From Armatimonadota bacterium (GTDB lineage Bacteria; Armatimonadota; SYMT01), in NCBI GenBank assembly GCA_046292385.1, contig JBKBRF010000008.1, positions 32,001 to 96,000 on the forward strand: DNA of 64,000 nucleotides, written 5' to 3'. The notes beneath the pieces were generated by a model that saw nothing but the letters and a program-made list of their open reading frames with translations, had not been told where the DNA came from and made no database searches. A program made the translations under genes and the position numbers. This document shows, piece after piece, positions 8,521 through 16,132 of this stretch (position 1 is the stretch's first letter; each line of letters begins with the position of its first letter).

Positions 8521-10449
8521 TCAGTGGGCGGGGGCGTCCGGGATGTAGTCTTTGCTCATCCCCAGCTCTTCCGGCGCGTGGAGTCGGAGCATCAACGAGT
8601 CGACCCCCTTGGGGACCTCCGCGGCGGTCAGCGCGCTCACCAGCCACATCAAGCCCAGGGAAAGCGGCACGCCCCAGATCGCCGGCTGCTCCAGCAGCGT
8701 GCGGACGATCGGATCGGGAGCCCAGGCCAGGATCTTCTTGTCGATCAGCATCGTGGAGATGATCGCTCCCAGGCTGGCGAGGCCGCCGATCAGCATGCCG
8801 GCGGCGGCGCCCTTGGCCGTGAGCCCTCGCCACCAGGCGCCCAGCAGCAGCAGCGGGAAATAGCTGGCGGCGGCGATGGCGAACGCCCAGCCGACGAGCA
8901 TGGCGATGTCCCAGCTCTCCGCGACCATTCCCAGCAGCGTGGCCAGAATCCCGACCCCCACCGCCGAGATCTTGAACGCCTTCAGCCGGTCTTCCGGGGT
9001 GGCGCTCGGCCGCAGGATCGAGCCGTAGATGTCGTGCGCCATCGCGCTCGACATGGAGACCAGCAGGCCGCTGAAGGTCGACATGAACGCCGCGAACGCG
9101 CCCGCTACCGTCACGCCCTTCAGCACCGGGCCCCAGACGCCGCCCAGGATGGTCGGCAGCTCTACCACCACGGCATCGGTCTTGCCGTTGGCGTAGAGCT
9201 CCGGCATCAGGAAGCGGCCCATCGCGCCCCAGATCCCCGGGAAGATGTAGAAGACGCCGATCAGCACCATCACCCAGAGGGTGGTCCGCTTCGCCGCGCG
9301 CCCATCCGGATTGGTGTAGAAGCGGACCAGGATGTGCGGCAGCCCCGCCGTCCCGAACACCAGGCCCACGATCAGCGAGAAGGTGTAGAGCAGCGGATAC
9401 CCGTGCTTGCTGGTGAAGGCGCCGAAGGGACGTACCCACTCTTCGTTCGAGACGGTCCCGGCCACCGGCTCTCCTGCCAGGAACCGGACCTGCGCGGGCT
9501 CGGCAAACTCCAGCTTCGCGCCGGTTAACCGGCCGGCCAGCTCCGCGGGCTGGAGCTCCAGGCGGGTGCCGGCGGGCCAGAAGAGCTCCGCGCCGTTCGC
9601 CGCGGAGGGCGCCGACGACATGAAGTCGGCGATCGTCCACTCCCGGCCCCCCGGAATCGCCTTCACCGCCGGGGCGACGCTCCGGAGCCGCGTGTCGGTG
9701 GCGAGCTCCAGGACCACCGGCTCGGGCGGCAGCGTGAGGAAGTCTCCGGCCTTGAACGCGCGCGTCGCCTCCCGGGGGTAGACCGGCAGCGGCCGGTCCG
9801 AGCCGCCGCCGCCGGAGACGAACCGGTCGTACGGCCCGAAGTACGCCATCAGCACGAAGACCGGCGCCGCGATGGCGAACATCTTCAGCCAGTACTGGAA
9901 CGCCTGGACGAAGGTGATGCCCTTCATGCCGCCCAGCGCCACGTTGAAGGAGATGACCACGCCCACCAGCGCCACGCCGACCCAATAGGGCGTCCCCAGG
10001 ATGCTCGTCATCGCCACGCCAGCACCCTTCATCTGCGGCATCGTGTAGAAGAACCCGATGAACAGCACGAAGGTCACGGCGATCTTCCGGAACGAGGGGC
10101 TGGAGAAGCGCCCTTCCGCGAAGTCCGGGATCGTGTAGGCGCCGAAGCGGCGCAGCGGGCCGGCGATGAACAGCAGCAAGAAGAGGTATCCGGTGGCGTA
10201 GCCGACCGGATACCAGAGCACGTCGTAGCCGAACTTCATCACCAGCCCCGCCACGCCCATGAACGAGGCGGCGGAGAGGTACTCGCCGGAGATGGCGGAG
10301 GCGTTCCAGAACACGCTGACGGAGCGCCCTGCCACGAAGAAGTCGCTGGCAGAGCGGGAGATGCGCGTCGTGTAGATGCCCAGGCCGATCGTGGCCAGCA
10401 CCACGGCCGCCACCATCACCACCGGAATCCAGTCCAGGTTACCTGTCAT
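8521..10449 (-). CDS. Sodium:solute symporter, cation/acetate symporter ActP-like
   Basis: 'SGEYLSAASFMG', 'GTAGLPHILVRFYTNPD', 'AFAAFMSTFSG'; paired with an upstream DUF485 gene. Confidence 0.9.
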   Translation of the reverse strand: MTGNLDWIPVVMVAAVVLATIGLGIYTTRISRSASDFFVAGRSVSVFWNASAISGEYLSAASFMGVAGLVMKFGYDVLWYPVGYATGYLFLLLFIAGPLRRFGAYTIPDFAEGRFSSPSFRKIAVTFVLFIGFFYTMPQMKGAGVAMTSILGTPYWVGVALVGVVISFNVALGGMKGITFVQAFQYWLKMFAIAAPVFVLMAYFGPYDRFVSGGGGSDRPLPVYPREATRAFKAGDFLTLPPEPVVLELATDTRLRSVAPAVKAIPGGREWTIADFMSSAPSAANGAELFWPAGTRLELQPAELAGRLTGAKLEFAEPAQVRFLAGEPVAGTVSNEEWVRPFGAFTSKHGYPLLYTFSLIVGLVFGTAGLPHILVRFYTNPDGRAAKRTTLWVMVLIGVFYIFPGIWGAMGRFLMPELYANGKTDAVVVELPTILGGVWGPVLKGVTVAGAFAAFMSTFSGLLVSMSSAMAHDIYGSILRPSATPEDRLKAFKISAVGVGILATLLGMVAESWDIAMLVGWAFAIAAASYFPLLLLGAWWRGLTAKGAAAGMLIGGLASLGAIISTMLIDKKILAWAPDPIVRTLLEQPAIWGVPLSLGLMWLVSALTAAEVPKGVDSLMLRLHAPEELGMSKDYIPDAPAH

Positions 10450-10787
10450 CGGCCCTGCCGCTCCTCACGGATCATCTGCGCCTCCTCCGCCTCCAGCTTC
10501 TCGGAAGACTTCACGAAGTAGGTCGAGAGCGCCCAGGTAATGGGATAGAACGCGATCCCCAGGATGAACCAGGAGAGCGGGAAGCCGAAGACCGGCTGCT
10601 GGGTCCAGGCCGGGGTGAACTGGGTCAGGAGCGGGAGCCCGAGGATCAGCACCAGGAACACGGCCGCTACGGTGATACCGAGGCCGGCCTGCTGCTTCAT
10701 CAACCGACTCGCAAGCTGGGCATCGGTGAGATGCGGATGAGGGGAGCCTTCCTCGGCTCCGGGGTTTCGCTGCGTCTTTGCCGCCAT
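10446..10787 (-). CDS. DUF485-like small membrane protein (YjcH-like ActP partner)
   Basis: Two TM helices; ATGA overlap with the symporter start. Confidence 0.8.
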   Translation of the reverse strand: MAAKTQRNPGAEEGSPHPHLTDAQLASRLMKQQAGLGITVAAVFLVLILGLPLLTQFTPAWTQQPVFGFPLSWFILGIAFYPITWALSTYFVKSSEKLEAEEAQMIREERQGR

Positions 10788-10904
10788 GAATGAAGTCCGG
10801 TCCGCCGGCTCGGGCCGCGCGGAACACGGAAGTATTGGACAGGCACGCGCCGACCGCCTCCACCCGGTGCGGATGGGATGTCAGCGGAGATCCCTCCATC
10901 CCTC

Positions 10905-11348
10905 CGAGCGGCTCAAGCGACCACCCCCACCGCCCGCAAGCGGGCACCCGGGTGGTCACAGGTGAAACTCTCCAGCCTTGCCTCCGGCAGCGCTTCCGGG
11001 CTTCGCGAACCCCGATGCCCTGGGGGCACGAAGCCGGTCGTGCTGCACCGCCTGAAGGCAACCCGTCGGCGGCCGACCGTGCCCAGACCACAGGCGCCCG
11101 CCGGGTGCCAGTTGTGGCCACCCCTGGGCGGCAGGGGTGGTAGCTCGAAGGGTCGGGAGGCAGCCCGTGAGCTGCCCTATCGGCGCGGGTTACGCATCCT
11201 GGCGCGGGAAGAGCTTTTCGACGTCAGCTCCCGCAGCGGCCTGCTAACGGAGCGCAGCGGAGTGTGAAAAGGCCGCGGAGGGCCTTCGTCGCGGGAGGGC
11301 TGCCTCCCGGCACAAGGGCTCGGGGTCGGGTCGCGGGATCGACGCTGC
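10905..11348 (+). repeat. Nested palindromic element, copy B (left outer arm missing)
   Basis: GCTCAAGC-ACCACCCC site, core, CCACCCCTGG..CAGGGGTGG site, and a right arm nearly identical to the reverse complement of copies D and E. Confidence 0.9.
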
Positions 11349-11411
11349 CTCTCGACGAGAAGCAAAGACGCCCCACAACTAAGGGGTCCGCTGGAGTGAT
11401 TGGCCGCTTTC

Positions 11412-11462
11412 GCCTCGGACTAAAGTCGAGGCTACACGGAGCGAAGCCCGCCTTCGCGGGCT
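11412..11462 (-). repeat. GTAG-type REP-like hairpin unit inside a 127-bp insertion (11381-11507)
   Basis: Minus strand reads AGCCCGC-GAAG-GCGGGCT..GTAG-CCTCGAC-TTTA-GTCCGAGG. Confidence 0.65.
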
Positions 11463-11615
11463 CAGAACTCCCCGGGAAAACGTGTCGGTGACTTCCCGCA
11501 ACCCCTTTGGCCCCTGCCGTCTTGGGAGGTCCAAGCGCGCAATGGCCGACGGTAGAATCTGCGCATCCGGGCAAGAATCTCGGGGTGAGTAGCGCAGAAG
11601 CAGCTGGACACACCC

Positions 11616-13115
11616 CTAAACGAGAAGATCCCGCATCACCTCTCCGCTCTCCACGAGAGGGAGCGGCCGCTGCTGCGGGTCGAGGATCATGCTGTGCGGG
11701 TCGATGCCGAGGAGGTGGTAGATGGTAGCGAGGACGTCCTTCGGGGAGACGGGGCGCTCCTCCGGGAAGCCGCCCTGAGCGTCGGTCTTGCCGATCACGG
11801 CGCCTTCCTTGATCCCGGCGCCGGCGAAGAGGTTGCAGTAGGCGCCCGCCCAGTGGTCGCGGCCGCCCCCGCCCTGCGGGCCGAAGCCGTCGTAGCCCTT
11901 GTTGAACTTCGGCGTGCGGCCGTGCTCGCTCAGGATGCAGACCAGCGTCTCGTCCAGCAGCCCGCGCTGGTCCATGTCGTGCATCAGCGCGTTAAACGCC
12001 CGGTCGAAGCCGGGGCAGAGCTCGTTCTGCATCCGGTTCACCAGGTAGACGTGCGTGTCCCAGGCGGAGTTTCCGAGATTGTACTCGTCCCAGAAGACGG
12101 TCACCACCCGCGCGCCCGCTTCGATGAGGCGGCGCCCCGCGAGGGTCGCCTGGCCGAAGAGGGTCATCCCGTACTCTTCGCGGAGCTTCATCGGCTCCTG
12201 GTGGATATCCATCGCGTTCCGGAGCTTCTCCGAGGTGAGCAGGCTCATGGCGAGCTGCTGCGACCGGCTCCACGCCGCCGCCTCGTCCGAGTGCTCCAGC
12301 AGGCGCCGCTGCTCGTCGAACTGCTGCAGGATTCCGGCGCGGCGGCTCAGGCGGTCGAGGGTGAGGTCACGCGCGGTGCTGCCCGGCATGAAGTGGAACT
12401 TGGTGTCCGGCGAGATCCCGCCGTACGGGTTCTCCCGGCCCTGCCCGTACGGGTCCTCGCCGGTCGACTTCCCCTCCCAGCTTGCCTCCACCGGCGCCCA
12501 GCCGCTCCCGAGCCAGTGCGGCTGCGGACCCGGGCGGCGGAACCGGTGCGGCAGGATGATGTTGTTCGGCACCGGGGAATCGGCGAGGCCCTGCTTCCGG
12601 CGCGCTTCGGTGTCGAGGTAGTCGACCACCGACCCGAAGTAGGGCCAGTGGCGCGGGTCGCGGGTGTTCGTCTCGCGGGCCAGGTCGGTCGTCGCCATTC
12701 CGGTCAGCGCGTAGGAGACGCAGTGGATCGGGTACTCGTGGGTGACCGAGCGGACCGTCGCGACCCGGTGCATCCACTTCGCCATCTTCGGCAGGTGCTC
12801 GCAGATGTCGATGCTCGGGTTGGAGGTGCGGATCGGCTTGAACGGGCCGCGGATGTCCTCCGGCGCGTCCGGCTTCATGTCCCAGGTATCGACCTGACCC
12901 GGGGAGCCGTAGAGGAACAGGATCAGGACGTTCTTCGCCTTGCCGAAGCTGCGCCCGGCGCCCGCCGGCGCGGGAGCGGCCTGCGCTTCCTTGAGCTGGA
13001 GCACGTCCGCGAGGGTGAGGCCGTAGAGCGAAAGCGCCCCGGCCTGGATCAGGTCTCGCCGGGTGATCCCGTCACAGGCGCGCGCGCCATTTCCCAGAAT
13101 GCGAACTCTCGACAT
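11616..13115 (-). CDS. DUF1501 domain protein
   Basis: 'TRRDL..G', 'QVDTWDMKP', 'WDTH', 'EHGRTP', 'GRDHW' motifs. Confidence 0.9.
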   Translation of the reverse strand: MSRVRILGNGARACDGITRRDLIQAGALSLYGLTLADVLQLKEAQAAPAPAGAGRSFGKAKNVLILFLYGSPGQVDTWDMKPDAPEDIRGPFKPIRTSNPSIDICEHLPKMAKWMHRVATVRSVTHEYPIHCVSYALTGMATTDLARETNTRDPRHWPYFGSVVDYLDTEARRKQGLADSPVPNNIILPHRFRRPGPQPHWLGSGWAPVEASWEGKSTGEDPYGQGRENPYGGISPDTKFHFMPGSTARDLTLDRLSRRAGILQQFDEQRRLLEHSDEAAAWSRSQQLAMSLLTSEKLRNAMDIHQEPMKLREEYGMTLFGQATLAGRRLIEAGARVVTVFWDEYNLGNSAWDTHVYLVNRMQNELCPGFDRAFNALMHDMDQRGLLDETLVCILSEHGRTPKFNKGYDGFGPQGGGGRDHWAGAYCNLFAGAGIKEGAVIGKTDAQGGFPEERPVSPKDVLATIYHLLGIDPHSMILDPQQRPLPLVESGEVMRDLLV

Positions 13116-13332
13116 GCTGCCTGCATCTCCCGCCCGCCGCGGCGCGGGCCTCCCTGGTTAGGATACCTGACGAGGGCCGGCGTTGCGGGGAGATCGAAGC
13201 TGTCGAAGAACCGCAACAGCGGGCTGATCTACCGGCGGCTGGTTAAACAAATGTTAGATTCCGGGGTGAGACGGGCTAAACCGTACCAGTACGGCGCTTG
13301 GGGCCGGGGTCGGTGAGTAGTTTGGATGCCGA

Positions 13333-14439
13333 ATGGAAGAGACTAGGGCGCTGCGGGAGCGGTTGGAGCGTCGCGAGCTGGAGCTGGACGCGGTCCGCCG
13401 TTTGAGCGCGGATCTCCGCGCGTGTCTGGATCCGGACGAGCTGGCGCGGCGCGCCCTCCGGGCGGCGATGGGGACCGTCGAGGCGCACGCGGGAGGGCTG
13501 CTCCTGCACGACCCGGACCGGGACACGCTGGAGTTTTGCGCCGTCGTCTCGGATTCCGAGGCGGTAGAGACCGCCCTGCTGGGAGCCCACGTGGCGCCGG
13601 GCGATCCGGCCTGGCTGGTCTTTGACGAGCGGCACGGTCGTGTCGATTACGATATCTCCGCGGACCTCCGCCACTACTTTGACGCGGACGCGATCGGCCG
13701 CACTCACCGCCGCAGCATGATCCGCGTCCCGATGATCGGCTCCTGCGGCGACTGCATCGGGGTGCTGGAGGTGGCGGACCGCCGCCGCGGCGCCTTCGAT
13801 CAGACCGACTGCGGGGTGCTGGAGATCCTGGCCGGGCAGGCCGCCTCCGCGATCGAGACTGCCCGCCTTCACGCCCGTATCCTGCGGGAAGAGGCGGAGC
13901 GGGAGCGGTTCTACCGGGAGGTGATCCGCTGCGTCACGCACGACTGCCTCCGCCTGGTAGATCACGCCGAAGTACCGACGGAGGGCAGGCAGGCCCTGCA
14001 GGTCGATCTCTCCGACCCCGCGGGATACCCGATGCTCCGGAACTGCCTGCGCGAGCTGGCGACCAGCGCGGGGATGTCGGAAGATGGCGCGGAGGATTTC
14101 ATCCTCGCCGCCGGGGAGGCCGCGACCAACGCGATCAAGCACGCGGACGGCGGCACCGGCTCGGTCTACCTCACGGAGAGCCGGATCATCGTGCGGATCG
14201 CGGACACCGGCAGCGGCATCCGCTCGAAGGACCTGCCGGCCACTCTCCTCCTCCCGGGCTTCTCAACCAAGGCCTCGCTCGGGATGGGCTTTACCCTCAT
14301 CCTGAAGCTGGTCGACCGCGTCTGGCTCGCCACCGACTGCAGCGGCACCGTGGTCCAGCTCGAGAAGTCGCTCGTCCCGGTGGATGACGACGAGTGGAGC
14401 ATGTCGCCACTGCTGGAGGATTCCTGGGCGAGGCTTTGA
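13333..14439 (+). CDS. GAF domain plus RsbW/RsbT-like HATPase (anti-sigma kinase) protein
   Basis: GAF ('SMIRVPM..IGVLEV', 'LAGQAASAIE'); C-terminal 'GEAATNAIKHA', 'DTGSGI', 'SLGMGF'. Confidence 0.8.
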   Translation: MEETRALRERLERRELELDAVRRLSADLRACLDPDELARRALRAAMGTVEAHAGGLLLHDPDRDTLEFCAVVSDSEAVETALLGAHVAPGDPAWLVFDERHGRVDYDISADLRHYFDADAIGRTHRRSMIRVPMIGSCGDCIGVLEVADRRRGAFDQTDCGVLEILAGQAASAIETARLHARILREEAERERFYREVIRCVTHDCLRLVDHAEVPTEGRQALQVDLSDPAGYPMLRNCLRELATSAGMSEDGAEDFILAAGEAATNAIKHADGGTGSVYLTESRIIVRIADTGSGIRSKDLPATLLLPGFSTKASLGMGFTLILKLVDRVWLATDCSGTVVQLEKSLVPVDDDEWSMSPLLEDSWARL

Positions 14440-14467
14440 GCCGTGGTGTGGGCTCGTTGTGTCGAAT

Positions 14468-14750
14468 GACGGCGTCGGCACCGAGAGTCCGACCCCGTGC
14501 CCTAGTCGACCGATTCAGCCCTCCCGCGTCGAGGGCCCTCCGCGGCCTTTTCACGCTCCGGCTTCGCCTCCGCTAGCAGGCCGCTCCGGAAGTGCACCCC
14601 GTATTGCGCTTCCCGCGCCACTTCGTCCTACCGCCCCAAAAGCCGAGTTCACGCGCTGAATCGGTCGCCGTCGAGCAACCACCCCTGATACTCCAGGGGT
14701 GGTCACAACTGCCGCCCTCCGGGCCATCCTGCGGCTGCCCCTCCGGACGC
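14468..14750 (-). repeat. Nested palindromic element, copy C (right half only, fused to a REP-like unit)
   Basis: Right arm, ACCACCCCTG..CAGGGGTGGT site and partial core match copies A, F and H. Confidence 0.88.
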
Positions 14751-14767
14751 CGGAGCCAGGCCCATCT

Positions 14768-14820
14768 GAGTCCCCGAAGGGGGACTTCGTGCCGTGGTTG
14801 CCGCGGTTTCAACCGCCCGG
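14768..14820 (-). repeat. REP-like unit (GTCCCC-GAAG-GGGGAC ... GTTGCCGCGGTTTCAACCGCCC)
   Basis: Reverse complement is 52/53 identical to 50698-50750. Confidence 0.85.
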
Positions 14821-14842
14821 TAGCTACTACCGCTAACCGCCG

Positions 14843-15970
14843 TCAGACGTAGTTGTAGCCGTACCACAGGTTCGGCAGCGGCAGCGCATTCGCCAGCACG
14901 TCTCGGATGCCGGACGGCAGCGGCGGCATCTCCACGCCGGTGTCGCTGGCGGTGCTGAAGAAGAGCGTCGTTGCCTGCGCCATGGTCGGCAGGCTTACCG
15001 TTTCGCTGCCCCACTCCAGCCGCACTCCCTCGCCCTCGGGTACGATCCGGAGCTGCTGCGCGGCGAGCTCTTCCAGAAGGGGGCGCACCGCCGTGAGGAA
15101 GCGCTCCGGGCTGATGATCCCCATGGTGGCGGAGTAGAGGAAGCGGCTGGAGGCCCAGCCGCGGGACTGCGCTACCTGCCGCCAGTCCGAGTCGTTCGGC
15201 TGTACCACCACGTCGGCGGCCTCCGCTCCCAGATCGCGCACCAGGCTGGGCAGCGCGCGGGAGAGGGCTCTGCGGCTGCCGGCGATCTCCCGTACGTGGA
15301 GCGGCTCTCCCGACCCCTCCGCCCCCTGTGCCGGGCGCTGGACTCCGGCGTAGGCCACGACCGCCCCGCCCCACCGGATGACGAAGAGGTCGGCGGGCCG
15401 GTTCATCAGCATCCCGCCTTCCATCAGCCGGCGCCAGTCTTCCATGGGACGGAAGAACCGTACCGGCTCCGCCTGGTAGAGGCTCGCCACGGCCGCCAGG
15501 TCCGCCCCCGCGTAGTGGCTCGACTGGTACGCGGGGTCCGGTTTGCCCGCGGGAACGGAGTAGGAGTCGAACGCGCCGACCTGCACGTACCCGAGCCGCT
15601 TGTAGAGGCCGCGGTCGCCGGAGATCAGCATCAGGCACGCGCCCTGCTCCACCGCCGAGGCGCGTGCCTCCGCCATCAGCCGGCTCGCGAGCCCCTGGCC
15701 CCGGTGCTCCGGGTCGGTGCCGACCGATCCGATCAGCGCGACCCGCAGGTTGGTGCCGAGAATGGCGGCGTCGCGCAGCACCACCCCCACGTGCGCCACG
15801 ATCCGGCCGCCGTTCCGCGCCACCCGCAGGTTCCGCCGGTTCGCCGGGTCGAAGAGGAGCGGATACTCCCGCACCATGTCGCCGGGACGCTCCGTGCGAA
15901 AGATGCGGTCGGCTAGCGCCCCCAACTCCTCCAGCTCGTCGGGGCCGCACGTTCCCAGCTCGTAGCTCAT
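14843..15970 (-). CDS. GNAT family N-acetyltransferase (Eis-like)
   Basis: Acetyl-CoA motif 'VGTDPEHRGQGLAS', 'LYKRLGY'. Confidence 0.85.
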   Translation of the reverse strand: MSYELGTCGPDELEELGALADRIFRTERPGDMVREYPLLFDPANRRNLRVARNGGRIVAHVGVVLRDAAILGTNLRVALIGSVGTDPEHRGQGLASRLMAEARASAVEQGACLMLISGDRGLYKRLGYVQVGAFDSYSVPAGKPDPAYQSSHYAGADLAAVASLYQAEPVRFFRPMEDWRRLMEGGMLMNRPADLFVIRWGGAVVAYAGVQRPAQGAEGSGEPLHVREIAGSRRALSRALPSLVRDLGAEAADVVVQPNDSDWRQVAQSRGWASSRFLYSATMGIISPERFLTAVRPLLEELAAQQLRIVPEGEGVRLEWGSETVSLPTMAQATTLFFSTASDTGVEMPPLPSGIRDVLANALPLPNLWYGYNYV

Positions 15971-16132
15971 CCCGGGCTCCTCCCTGTGGCTGCCCCGCTC
16001 CGCGGGGCTCGCGAGCCGAGCGCTCGACGCCTCAGAACGCGCCGTTCGCCGCCTCCGAGACCGGTTCCTGTGTCGCCGAGACCGCTTCCACTGGACGCCT
16101 GGGAACGCGCGGATTGACGGAGGCGGGCTCCC

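Noticed and set aside
9430..9820. Large soluble loop inserted in the ActP-like symporter
   Set aside because: Variable extracytoplasmic loops are common in SSS transporters; novelty cannot be shown without a database search
11264..11491. Recurrent short ORFs such as 'MKRPRRAFVAGGLP..' (also 23708-23902, 14297-14554 and the 5' extension of 49274)
   Set aside because: They are translations of the repeat arm; starts, frames and lengths are not conserved between copies, so there is no evidence of coding
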